From NCBI RefSeq assembly GCF_902713425.1, contig NC_081212.1, positions 9,972,261-10,036,260 on the forward strand: a DNA stretch of 64,000 nt, in the 5' to 3' direction. This DNA is from Acipenser ruthenus. Taxonomy: Eukaryota. This document shows positions 47,815 to 58,956 of the stretch, piece after piece. The notes beneath the pieces were generated by a model that worked only from the letters and a program-made list of their open reading frames with translations, did not search any database and was not told where the DNA came from. Numbering within the stretch: position 1 is the first letter of the stretch; every line of letters starts with the position of its first letter. Made by a program: the position numbers and the translations under genes.

Positions 47815-47900
47815 AAGACTGCAGTCTGCCGCACTCTGAGCACACTGCTGTACCCGGCTGGCACGTGGCTCCTGGTGGTTTGTGACATCGCTCTCGGTGT
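47815..47900. other. Intronic exon-derived rearranged duplicate: inverted copy of exon 12 bases 47309-47352 plus direct copy of exon 12 bases 47228-47265
   Basis: 47817-47862 is the reverse complement of 47309-47352 with 1 mismatch. 47862-47899 repeats 47228-47265 with 1 mismatch. Confidence 0.85.
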
Positions 47901-47938
47901 AAAAGTGTACTGGTAAATTAAAGCCTATACATAACATT

Positions 47939-48183
47939 TAGGAGGCTGTGTGGTCCAGTGGTTAAAGAAAAGGGCTTGTAACCAGGAGGTCCCCGGTTCA
48001 AATCCCACCTCAGCCACTGACTCCTTGTGTGACCCTGAGCAAGTCACTTCACCTCCTTGTGCTCCGTCTTTCGGGTGAGACGTAATTGTAAGTGACTCTG
48101 CAGTTGATGCATAGTTCACACACCCTAGTCTCTGTAAGTCGCCTTGAATAAAGGCGTCTGCTAAATAAACAAATAATAATAAT
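47939..48183 (+). mobile_element. tRNA-derived SINE (family A), complete copy
   Basis: tRNA-like head GGCTGTGTGGTCCAGTGGTTAAAG...GGTTCAAATCCCACC. Body ...GAGCAAGTCACTTCACC.... Tail GTAAGTCGCCTTGAATAAAGGCGTCTGCTAAATAAAC(AAT)n. Other copies are at 1-118 and 60560-60783(-). Confidence 0.85.
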
Positions 48184-48535
48184 ACCACTGTCAGATCACA
48201 ACACAGATTAATAACAGTTTAGAATAGTGTAAAATAAATAAGTACATATAAATACAGGTTCCAGTGTAGACATACATATATCCACTTTTACATAATAGTA
48301 CTACTAATTAAAAATGAAAATAGTAAGATAAAATGCAATGATGCAATAATAGCACATTAAAAGCAGCAATTAAAACCCATTCAAACCCATTAAGATAAAA
48401 AGGCCAGTTAAACATTGATAACAGCATTCAGAGGCAGTTCTCTCTCGTGTTCTGCTGGTTAGAAGTGTTTGTTGCAGCCGATCTCTGAAAATGTTTCTTT
48501 TGTATTGAGTTGAGTTGTTCGATCCTTTTCTTTAG

Positions 48536-48683
48536 GATGATGAGTATGTCGTATACAACCCTAGCCAGGTTCAAATAAAGTATGTTGTCCAGTTCTGTGT
48601 GGGAGAAGACCAGGTGAAGAGTTTTCAGCCCACTGTTAATGTTACCAATGAAGAAACCCCAGCAGGTCTGTCAGACCCCCCAG
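48536..48683 (+). CDS. PARP4: PARP4 coding exon 13 (catalytic E of H-Y-E: DDEYVVY)
   Basis: DDEYVVYNPSQVQIKYVVQF aligns with human DDEFVVYKTNQVKMKYIIKF. Donor CAG|GTGAGT. Confidence 0.85.
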
Positions 48684-49320
48684 GTGAGTGGCACTCCTGC
48701 TAGCCAACTAGAGCTCTGTGCTTCATGCACAGGGACAGCATCGCTTTTTGTATACATGGTGCCAGCATTTGTTTCTGCCAGTGGGTGCTTTGTATGTGCT
48801 GAGGGGATGGGAAGTGGGGGCTGGTTTGTGAAGTTGGAGGTTACAGCCTCTGATTAAATAACTTTTGAATTACTACAATAACTCATGTACTCATGTACAC
48901 ACGCAGTCTTCACTAATGTCTTAATTTAAAGACATCATGTCTCCCTGTAGCCCTCTGGATGAAATTGCTAAAAACTGCAACAAAGTTATCAGCTTCAGCA
49001 ATTAAATCCTTGCATGCATGTTCCTTGCTTGCTGACAGAAGAGCACATACATGGTCTTATTTCTCAGATGCAGATACACAGCAGTGTGATGCAAAGGGGA
49101 TGACAGCCTTTCTAAAGCTTTGTTCCATGAGCACAAAACGTTACTCACAAAACCCATTAGCCGTTCTTTGTCCCTAATTGTTGTTTGCAGGGGATGTCCA
49201 GCAGTAGCTGTTTTGCAACACAGAGCAAAAAACAAAATCTTTCACTTTATCATAATTCAATACAATTATACGAAGCCCCGCCTCGTTTTTCTTTTGCGTT
49301 TTTTTGTGCTGTCTTTAAGA

Positions 49321-50215
49321 ACATAAGAAAGTTTCCAAACGAGAGGCCATTCAGCCCATCTTGCTCGTTTGGTTGTTAATCGCTTATTGATCCCAGAATC
49401 TCATCAAGCAGCTTCTTGAAGGATCAGGTTGAAAAAGTCCCCTGGGTTGACATTGTCAAAACCTTTTAGGATTTTGAATGTTTGAATCAGATCACCGCGT
49501 AGTCTTCTTTGCTCAAGACTGAACAGATTCAATTCTTTTAGCCTGTCTGCATATGACATGCCTTTTAAACCAGGGATAATTCTGGTCACTCTTCTTTGCA
49601 CTCTTTCTAGAGCAGCAATATCCTTTTTGTAGTGAGATGACTAGAACGGAACACAATATTCTACATGTGGTCTTACTAATGCATTGTAAAGTTTTAACAT
49701 TACTTCCCTTGATTTAAATTCAACACTTTTCACTATATTTACTAGCATTTTGTTGGCCTTTTTTATAGCTCTAGATGAAGACATTTCTGAGTCAACATAA
49801 ACTCCTAGATCTTTTTCATAGATTCCTTCTTCAATTTCAGTTTCTCCCATATGGTATTTATAATGCACATTTTATTGCCTGCATGCAGTACCTTACACTT
49901 TTCTCTATTAAATGTAATTTGCCATGTGTCTGCCCAGTTCTGAATGCTGTCTAGATCATTTTGAATGACCTTTGCTGCTGCAATGGTGTTTGCCACTCCT
50001 CCTATTTTTGTGTCGTTTGCAAACTTAACAAGTTTGCTTACTATACCAAAATCTAAATCATTAATGTAGATTAAGAAGAGCAGAGGACCTAATACTGATC
50101 CCTATTGTACTCCACTGGTTACCTCGCTCCATTTTGATGTTTCTCCTCGAATCAGTACTTTCTGTTTTCTACATATTAACCACTCCTTAATCCATGTGCA
50201 TGCATTTCCTTGAAT
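49321..50215 (-). mobile_element. CR1-like LINE 3' portion (RT C-terminus plus tail), minus orientation
   Basis: Tail at 49321-49400. Minus ORFs read ...[28 protein letters not shown] and ...[18 protein letters not shown]. Confidence 0.8.
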
Positions 50216-50464
50216 CCTTGCATTTCCTTGAATTAGTAGGCTTATCAAACCTAGTAGATTCAGCTATAGGTCCGTCAGCTCTGGCAGATTGTACTGTATT
50301 TGCTGAAGCACTTCTGGGTTCCCACGGCTAATTTAAAATCCAGTTTAATCCCTCTTGTTTAATTTAATTAGTCCCGTACTGTATGTCGCCTCACCAAGAG
50401 GTGCAGTCTGCTGGTCTTGTTCTGCCTGGACACTGCCATCACCCGTATGGACTGACAAATGTTT

Positions 50465-50830
50465 TAAACCGTCGTAATTGAATCTGCTCAGTCTTGAACA
50501 AAGAAGACTATGCGGCAATCTTATTCAAGCTTTCAAAATTCTAAAAGGCATTGACAATGTCGACCCAAGGTACTTTTTTGACCTGAAAGAAACGAGGACC
50601 AGGGTCACAAATGGACATTAGGTAGGGGCATTCAGAACAGAAAAATGGGAGGCACTTTTTTACACAGAGAATTGTTGGAGTCTGGAACCAACTCCCCAGT
50701 AATGTTGTTGTAGCTGACACCCTGGGGTCCTTCAAGAAGCTGCTTGATGAGATTCTGGGATCAATAAGCTACTAACAACCAAACGAGAAAGATGGTCCGA
50801 ATGGCCTCCTCTTGTTGTAACCTTTATGTT
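50465..50830 (+). mobile_element. CR1-like LINE 3' end (plus orientation), inverted relative to the 49321-50215 copy
   Basis: ...EQRRLCGNLIQAFKILKGIDNVDP..., then a 3' UTR ending ...AACCAAACGAGAAAGATGGTCCGAATGGCCTCCTCTTGTTGTAACCTTTATGTTCTTATGTTC. Confidence 0.8.
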
Positions 50831-51094
50831 CTTATGTTCTAATTGTTGCTGGCGTTTCCCTGTCCTCTTTTTCTCGTGCGTTGTTGCCAGTTGTCGCTTC
50901 TTCTCATGCGTTGCCAGTTGTGCTCAATGCATATTTTGAGATGAACACCCAAATACCTATTTTTCCCTAAAAAAAAGCAGAGTGTACTTACAAGCCTTGA
51001 AAAACAATTTCTATGACATTTCTGGTGCAATAGACTGCACACATGTGCCACTAACCCCTCCAGCTCATTGTGAGCATCTGTATAGGAATAGGAA

Positions 51095-51178
51095 CCCCCC
51101 CCCCCCCAACACCTGGGGGGGTTGGGGGGGTTTCCACCCTGGGAGGGGGGTGGGATGGGGAGGGTGGCATGGGGGGAG
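51095..51178. repeat. C14 tract followed by a G-rich, G-quadruplex-prone low-complexity block
   Basis: CCCCCCCCCCCCCC...GGGGGGGTTGGGGGGGTTTCCACCCTGGGAGGGGGGTGGGATGGGGAGGGTGGCATGGGGGG. Confidence 0.8.
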
Positions 51179-51283
51179 AATGGGAATGTTCTTTTGTTAC
51201 ATTTTGTATTATGTATATCTCATTTCTCAACTAAAAATCCAAAAAAAAAACAAAAAAAAAAAACGCTAAAATAATTCAGTCTC

Positions 51284-51762
51284 GGGGGCTCCCGAGTGGC
51301 GCATACAGTGAAGGCGCTCCACGTGGAGTGCAGGATACGCTCTATCGTCTGGACGTCGCGAGTTCGAGTCCAGGCTATTCCACAGCCGACCGTGGATGGG
51401 AGCTCCCAGGGGGTGGCGCACAATTGGCCGAGCGCCGCTCGGAGGGAGGGAGGGTTAGGTCGGCCAGGATGTCCTCGGCTTACCGCGCACCAGCGACCCC
51501 TGTAGTCTGGCCTGGCACCTGCGGGCTTGCCTGTAAGCTGCCTGAGAGCTGCGACGCTGTAGCTCTTGGGTAGCTGCATGGTGAGTCCGCAGTGTGAAAA
51601 AAAGCGGTCGGCTGACGGCACACGCTTCGGAGGACAGTGTGTGTTTGTCTTCGCCCTCCCAAGTCAGCGCAGGGGTGGTAGCGGTGAGCTGAGCTTAAAA
51701 AAAGAATTGACCATTCTAAATTGGGAGAAAGTAATAAAAATAATTGGCAACGACTAAATTTA
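51284..51762 (+). mobile_element. tRNA-derived SINE (family C), plus orientation, in PARP4 intron 13
   Basis: About 90% identical to 58957-59455 and to the reverse complement of 22344-22822. Confidence 0.85.
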
Positions 51763-52126
51763 TAAAAAAAATAATAGTAATAATAATTTAGTCTCCATTT
51801 AAAAAATAATCTTTTTTTCATATTGTACACCAGCTGATTGATGGGGCCAGAAGTTAAAACAAAACTAACAATGGAGAGTAAGAAAAAGAAAGAGGACAGC
51901 TGGTTTGGCTGTGGGTTTGCAAACTTACACAACTCCCCTAATGGGGCTACTTAGTAACAGCAGTTGCTATCACAGTTTAAATGATGACCCTGGAGAAAAA
52001 TGAATACAATATAGAACTGATAGAGTGCCGTGGTGTGTACTTGACGAGATCCCCACAGTTCTAGAATTCCAGGCTGTCCTCTTCCATGTGATTTGAAGCG
52101 GTTGCTGTTTTTTTGTTTCTGTGCAG

Positions 52127-52266
52127 CAGTGACTGACGCCGATTCCGATGAGGAATACACAAACCCTTTGGACTCTGTAACAGAGGGCCTCCAGGACAGC
52201 TCTGGGAATAAGATCCCCCTGAAAAGTGTTCATGTGAAGGGCCGAATGGTAGATCTTTTAGCACAG
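52127..52266 (+). CDS. PARP4: PARP4 coding exon 14 (start of VIT domain region); NAGNAG acceptor CAGCAG
   Basis: ...GLQDSSGNKIPLKSVHVKGRMVDLLAQ aligns with human AGLQDASGNLVPLEDVHIKGRIIDTVAQ. Confidence 0.8.
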
Positions 52267-52809
52267 GTGAGGATGGGAAAGTGAGACTGCAATTGAATTC
52301 ATTTCTGGTTAGCACATTGTGTAGAGCAATCAGGGCTTAAAGGAAAGAGCTATAACATTAGGTGAACTGAAATGATTATTGGGGACTTCACTGAAGTGTT
52401 TAAAATTAAGAGGAGTTGACAAAGTTATCCCTAATCAATGCTGTAAGCACAGCACAGGGGTCAGGACCACAGGACCAGACCCAACTTGACAATATTTTGT
52501 GATTTAACCAGCTACTATGAACTGATCAAGCATCGGTGGGCTGACTGGCCTTATCTGGTTCATAGTTCTTGTGTAAATTGAGAAATTACAAAGGGAATGC
52601 ATACTACAGGATAACTAATATAGACTTAAGACATTTTCAGCTGGTTTCACAGACCTTACCTAAAACAGTGGGTCTGTGAAACCAGCCGATTGTTTAATAT
52701 GAACAGTACTTCTGGTAAAATAAGTGATGTCACAAAATTCAAATATGGTTGATTTGAGTAGATCCACTGTGTTGTATAATCCATCTGCTTTTCTTTCTCT
52801 TTATTATAG

Positions 52810-52941
52810 ATTATTGTCTTTCAAACATACACAAATCACAGTGTGGTTCCAATAGAGGCCAAGTATGTCTTTCCTTTGGATGAAACAGCAGCTGTATGTG
52901 GGTTTGAAGCTTTTATTAATGGAAAACATGTAGTGGGTGAG
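52810..52941 (+). CDS. PARP4: PARP4 coding exon 15 (VIT)
   Basis: IIVFQTYTNHSVVPIEAKYVFPLDETAAVCGFEAFINGKHVVGE aligns with human VIVFQTYTNKSHVPIEAKYIFPLDDKAAVCGFEAFINGKHIVGE. Donor GAG|GTAAGT. Confidence 0.9.
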
Positions 52942-53259
52942 GTAAGTAAATATTAGAAATAATAATAAAAAGCATATGACTTTTTGTTTGTTTTGTAAAA
53001 TCTGCAATACTGTTTCTTATTAAAGGGTTCGTTTTTTATGTGCATGAGCTGGTAGCTCATGCATTTCGTTGTGTGGATGTTTGTTTTTTAGTAATATATC
53101 TGCCAACACATTACATCAAAAGGGTCCCAAGAAAAACACACATTTGTTTTATTATATACATATATTGTCAGCTGCTTATCAAAGTCAGTCTGATCCGAAT
53201 TAAGGAATTGAACCATCAGTATCTGTCTGTCTGTAAAGCTTTTAACATTCGTCTTTCAG

Positions 53260-53346
53260 GTGAAGGAAAAAGAGAAAGCAAGACAAGAGTACAGGCAGGC
53301 GATTCAGGAGGGACACGGGGCCTACCTCATGGATCAAGAAGCACCA
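53260..53346 (+). CDS. PARP4: PARP4 coding exon 16 (VIT)
   Basis: VKEKEKARQEYRQAIQEGHGAYLMDQEAP aligns with human IKEKEEAQQEYLEAVTQGHGAYLMSQDAP. Donor CCA|GTAAGT. Confidence 0.9.
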
Positions 53347-53573
53347 GTAAGTTTCATAACACTTCCGCTTCTATATTCACCACACACATTGATGAACACT
53401 TTTTTTTTTTGTAAACCTATTGCAATGCACCTTAAACTACATCAAAAAATAAGTATGTAAATGTTTGCATAATGAATATCTTCCATAAAACTGTCACAAG
53501 ATTTGAATGTATGGTCATCTAAAATTCATTTGTTTGTTAACACCTATTTATTTTTTTGTTTTTAAACTTCTAG

Positions 53574-53738
53574 GATGTTTTTACCATTAGTGTTGGAAAC
53601 CTTCCTCCAAGTGCCACTGTCCTGATTAAAATCACCTACGTGACTGAGCTTGCTATTGAATTTGGATCTATAGTCTTCCGGCTGCCTGGCAGTGTGGCAC
53701 CATGGCAACAGAGCAAAGCATTGAATGAGAGGACACAG
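53574..53738 (+). CDS. PARP4: PARP4 coding exon 17 (VIT)
   Basis: DVFTISVGNLPPSATVLIKITYVTELAIE...VAPWQQSKALNERTQ aligns with human DVFTVSVGNLPPKAKVLIKITYITELSIL...VAPWQQDKALNENLQ. Confidence 0.9.
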
Positions 53739-54518
53739 GTCTGACTGCATTTATTTTACATCTTAACAAGAGGTTACTTTCAATTAATAAATGAAGGCAC
53801 CACAATTTTGGAGGACCGATAATACAGTTTTGCTTTAAAACTCAGTAAAACGCTTTCAATAATGAATGCAGGTATTTTTTTATCTTAAAGACTTTTTGCA
53901 TTTTGATTTTATCAAGGTCTTTACACCAAAATATTTTTTTTTTGCATTTTTAGTTAATTAACAATGGAACTGTTACTATAAAAATAGTAAAAAATACCTT
54001 TTTATTATCTAAAATTAAACTTCAAGGTAGTTTTCACTAGTTTAATATTCAGATGGAAAAGATGGTGCAAATTGCATTTTAATTGCACCTTTAAATTTGG
54101 CCCATGAAGCTTTGTAAAAGGAGTTTCGTCTGTGATTGTGGTTTGCCCATTTCATTGACCACCACGCAAAAAAAAAAAAACCTTTTGCTGCTCTGGAGCC
54201 TTATCTTTCATCCCAGTGAAATAGCTGTAATATATGAGCATTGTAATTGTACTTCAGTTCAATCTAGTGCATATAAAGAGGCCTGTATGAAGCTGGTGAA
54301 GATGCTGTTTTATTGAATTTTTTAAATAGAAACGCCAGTATAATGATCGTTCGGTACTATAGTTTTATAAAGATATAAGTATTCAGTTCATTTACATCAG
54401 CTTTTCAAAACAGCAAAGCCCTTCAGATTTCCAGTGTACTCTGAAGAAGACTGAGAGATGATTCAAGAAGCATACGCAACTTATTTATATCACACTTATT
54501 TCTTTAAATGTATTTCAG

Positions 54519-54562
54519 GACACAGTAGAGAAGATCTGTGTGAATGACATGGAGGAAACTGG
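54519..54562 (+). CDS. PARP4: PARP4 coding exon 18
   Basis: DTVEKICVNDMEET aligns with human DTVEKICIKEIGTK. Acceptor TATTTCAG, donor GG|GTGCGT (phase 2). Confidence 0.7.
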
Positions 54563-54873
54563 GTGCGTACTTATTCAAGAATACTTTTAACGCAGTGTAG
54601 TTTAAGTGCAATGTAAGAGCAAACTAGGTTCTGTTTTGTAGATATAGGTCCTCTGTGCTAGTCTGAGAACGATTGGGATGCTCAGAGAACACAGGCTTTA
54701 TTTTATATAAATGAGAATCTCTCTACCTTCATTTCTTTCCATCACAGCAAATGTTTGCATTTAAGTAAAAAGAGAAATGTTTGTTTTCAATGCTTTAGAG
54801 CTAGTAACATTGGGGATACTGTAAGATTTTGTTCAGCTGTAATTATAAAAACTGAATTTGTGTTTTTTTGAAG

Positions 54874-54958
54874 TAGTGGATTTGCCTTGGATATGTCGGT
54901 TGAAATGCCACATGAGATCACAAGCATTTGGTCTGGAACCCACAAAATCAAAGTCAAG
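54874..54958 (+). CDS. PARP4: PARP4 coding exon 19 (AAGTAG tandem acceptor; the start could be 54877)
   Basis: GSGFALDMSVEMPHEITSIWSGTHKIKVK aligns with human QSFSLTMSIEMPYVIEFIFSDTHELKQK. Donor AAG|GTATTC. Confidence 0.75.
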
Positions 54959-55825
54959 GTATTCCCCATTTGATGTTTGTATAATGATTCATATGTTGTG
55001 TTTTTATTTTATTTTTTAAAAAATGTTGTCCACCCACTGGAATCCCCTTGATGTTTGTCATGCCCACAAACAGGACATTGGAATTAGAAGCTCCCAGCAG
55101 ATCACGTGATTCATTCATTTGAAAAACCGGTAGCTCTAAACCCTACTACACAGTTGGGGAGCCCAACTTTCAAAACAGAACCTTACATTTAATTGTGGGA
55201 ATTCAACTTTATATAACATCTGTTGATTGGTTTGACCCTCCAGAATAGATTGATCATGTATACTTTTACTTTATGTACAGGTACAAAGTACTATATATTA
55301 TTTGTGTTAAATTATTGATAAAAAAATAAGAAAACAGACCTACATATCTGTTAAATGGTGACTATGCTTCCTGGGCAACCAAAATAATTTACCCACCTAA
55401 GTCCTATGAGATTGGTATACTTAGTAAAATGTTCATAATCTGCTATGTTTAACAGCACTTTCAGCTTCTTGTGGTGTTTCTCAGGGGTCTCCTACCCAAG
55501 TGCTGGCCAGTCCAATCATGTTTATCTACCAAGCTCTGATTAGAATTTACAAGTTCTTTGCACTTGGAAGACAAACTAATGAAATCAAACAAATACATAC
55601 TGTATACACATTCCCAGACAGCGAAAACAAGCTGATTTTGGTTCCTCTTGTTTTTTAATAATTAATTAAGTTTCTCCCTAGACTCCCCAGGATGTATTTC
55701 TAGCATACCAGTTGTGGCTGATACTCCTAGCAGTTAAGGAGCACACTTTAATTTAATCCTGCAGCCACTCCTGGTTTGTGGCTGTTGGAAAATAGAAAGT
55801 GATAATAATCACATTTTTATTTCAG

Positions 55826-55963
55826 AAAACTCAATGTAAAGCAGTTGTAATCACGGAAGAGAACAGCTCTTTAGGACCGGGTGGATTCAGCCTTACTATT
55901 GACTTGTCTGAAGTGTACCTGCCCAGGATGTGGGTTGAGAAGCACCCGGACAAAGACAGCCAG
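55826..55963 (+). CDS. PARP4: PARP4 coding exon 20
   Basis: KTQCKAVVITEENSSLGPGGFSLTIDLSEVYLPRMWVEKHPDKDSQ aligns with human RTDCKAVISTMEGSSLDSSGFSLHIGLSAAYLPRMWVEKHPEKESE. Donor CAG|GTGAGC. Confidence 0.9.
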
Positions 55964-56517
55964 GTGAGCTCTGAGGACAAGGACATGCTGTTGAGATGAT
56001 TGTCTTATTTTGTAAAGCTTGCCATTTATATTTAGCAGAATATGTACATGTTTTTTCTAACACATTTACTGGGCTGATCTTTACTGTAAATACAGGTAAG
56101 TCCTTGTTTTTTGACCACAGTAAAGACTGCTGAAATGTAGCTTGTCATCACCGGTGCCCTAGAGCAGTGGTACTGCACAGTGTGGGGCGCGGAGAGTCAG
56201 TAAGGATTGACTATGACAAAAGAGGCAGCTCTGTGAAAATCTGTATTGTGTATATTGTAATAAAGTGATTTCAAGGGCACTATATAATCTTGAGGATGGA
56301 AAGAGCTTTATTCTCTGTGATTTCACTGTACAACCACTAGAGGTCTTGGCCTGACTACAAGGGAGTCAGGAAGAGACTACATTGCCCAGAAGGCCACAGG
56401 GTTTGGCTTGTTGGCCCAGTTAATTGATTTATTGTTGGCAGGTGGACTTAAATCAAGTAATTACAAGCCCTTTAAAAAGGGACGGGTTCAACCCGTCTAA
56501 GGGAGGTATATGGAAGG

Positions 56518-56629
<112 letters not shown>

Positions 56630-56845
56630 AGCTGGAGAGAAAAACTAAGGAGAAAAAACGTGTTATTGAAGAAATTAAGTTTAATATTTGTTTTGTTACG
56701 GGTAAACGGCTTGTCGTCCCGTGGTTAGATCGAGCTTCCTTAAAGTTAAGTTAGTGCTCCTTGCCAGAGTTAGGCTTTTGTTTTGTTATAGCGAATGAAA
56801 AATAAATAAACAAAGAACACCTCGGGGTGACATCATCACAATATA

Positions 56846-58485
56846 TACTACCAGTCAAAAGTTTTAGAACACCCCCATTTTCCCAGTTTTTATTGAAATT
56901 TAAGCAGTTCAAGTCCAGTGAATAACCTGAAATGGTACAAAGGTAAGCGGTAAACTGCCAGAGGTTAAAAAAAAAAAAAAGTTTAGGTTACCAAAAACTG
57001 AAAAATAATGTACATTTCAGAGTTATACAAAAAGGCCTTTTTCAGGGAACAAGTACTGGGATAACAACTTACAGCTGTTCTGCAACAATGGAAGTAAATT
57101 AAGCCTTGAAAGTTGATGCTAACAATTCCTACAGGTGTCCCAACTTTTGTTGATTACTTACAAACCCTCTGTCTGTATAAAAGCAGTGTTGGAACAGACT
57201 GTGTTACTACACCCTCTTAAGCATTATTTGGACAGTATTGTACTGCAGGAAGTAATATATTGCTCTCATAATGGCGAGAAAAAGGCAATTAACAAAGGAA
57301 GACAGACAGACCATTATAACCCTTAAAAGTGTAGGTCTTTCCTTTAGAGAAATTGCAAAGAAAGCCAAGGTGTCAGTGAGTACAGTTTCCTACACCATCA
57401 AAAGGCACTTGGAAACTGGAGGAAACTCTGACAGGAAGAGGTCTGGCAGACCCAAAGCCACAACAGAATCAGAAGACAAGTTTCTGAGAGTCAACAGCTT
57501 GCGTGATAGGCGGCTCACCAGACAACAGCTTCAAGCACAGCTTAACACTGGTCGAAGTAAGCAAGTCTCAGTTTCAACTGTGAAGAGAAGACTTCGAGCT
57601 GCAGGTTTGACAGGTCAAGTGGCAGTAAGAAAGCCATTGCTAAGATGGCAAAATAAGAAAAAGAGGCTTGCCTGGGCCATGAAGCACCGCCAGTGGACTA
57701 CTGAAGACTGGAAGAAGGTCTTATGGACCAATGAATCAAAATTTGAAATCTTCGGTTCATCACGCAGGGTTTTTGTACGCCATCGAGTAGGCGAAAGGAT
57801 GGTTCCTCGGTGTGTGACACCAACTGTCAAACATGGAGGAGGAAGCGTGATGGTCTGGGGCTCTTTTGCTGGATCCAGAGTCGGCGACTTGCACAGAGTG
57901 AGTGGCACCCTGAACCAAAACTGCTACCACAGCATTTTGCAGCGCCATGCAATACCCTCTGGTATACGCCTAGTTGGTCAGGGGTTCATCCTACAGCAAG
58001 ATAATGACCCAAAACATACCTCCAGGCTATGTCAGAACTACCTTAGAAGAAAAGAACAAGACGGTAGGCTTCAAATCATGGAATGGCCAGCACAGTCTCC
58101 AGACTTAAACTCCATCGAGCTGGTTTGGGATGAACTGGACAGAAGGGTGAAAGCAAAGCAACCTACAAGTGCAACACATTTGTGGGAACTTCTGCAACAG
58201 TGTTGGGAAGAACTTTCTGAACAATATTTGATTTCATGCCACGAGTGTGAAGAATGCCACGAGTGTGTTCGGCTGTTATATCTGCAAAAGGTGGCTACTT
58301 TGATGAGTCAAAAATTTAGATTAAATTTTGTTAAACAAAACGATTCCACGAGTTCTTTTTTTTATCTCCAATTGTTTATTTGTTCTATGCTTTAATTTCA
58401 GAGTACATTGAGACATTAAACTGCGTTAATTTCAATAAAAACTAGAAAAATGGAGGTGTTCTAAAACTTTTGACCGGTAGTGTAT
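56846..58485 (+). mobile_element. Tc1-like DNA transposon with short terminal inverted repeats (CAGTCAAAAGTTTTAGAACACC), in intron 20
   Basis: Left IR TACTACCAGTCAAAAGTTTTAGAACACC at 56846. Right IR GGTGTTCTAAAACTTTTGACCGGTAGTG ends at about 58484. Flanked by TA-rich sequence. Confidence 0.85.
57271..58395 (+). pseudogene. Tc1-family transposase ORF (374 codons), likely inactive: D-to-N at the first catalytic position and a 17-bp tandem duplication that shifts the C-terminal frame
   Basis: Paired HTH, GRPK-like RPKATT, ...WTNESKFEIFG (the other copy has [11 protein letters not shown]), QQDNDPKH and SIELVWDE. Duplicated TGCCACGAGTGTGAAGAA/TGCCACGAGTGTG near 58243-58275. With one copy removed the reading ends ...MPRVCSAVISAKGGYFDESKI*. 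Confidence 0.8.
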
Positions 58486-58956
58486 ATATTGTGACTTTGG
58501 AAATAACAGAACAGAAGTAGGTCAGTTTAGGGGATGTTGATCCCAACACAGTATAGAGATGGTTACGTAGAGCAGCGTGGTTCTGGAGCAGGACGTTCCT
58601 GTTAGTGGGACTAGCGCTCCCCATTTTGTGTGGCAAACATTTATTTTTAGCTTTGTTTTTGTTTAGTTTCTTTATTAAATCTGCGCGCCTGCGTGGTTTG
58701 TCAACACCAGTGCTCTGTGTCTGTCTCAGGGTTTTCCAGTGACTACCCATACATGTAACACACTCCCTGTTACAAGCTCTCATTATGGTTTATTTTATAT
58801 GTGTTTAATTTGATTGAACTACTTTAATTTTACCTGACTGTTTCTAAACAATCAAAACAGTGTTTTAAAATGACTCAGTAGCCCAGTGGAGCTCTCAGTA
58901 TGGTTTATTTTGAATGTTGTCATCATCTCAGATAAAAACCTTTAAGAAGGGTTTCT

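Noticed and set aside
51220-51932. ORFs of 133 to 150 aa on the minus strand
   Set aside because: They overlap SINE family C and G/C-rich low-complexity sequence and have no coding features.
57271-58395. Intact, potentially active Tc1 transposase
   Set aside because: The catalytic D is replaced by N (WTNESKF), and a 17-bp duplication shifts the frame at the C-terminus, so the ORF is full-length but probably dead.
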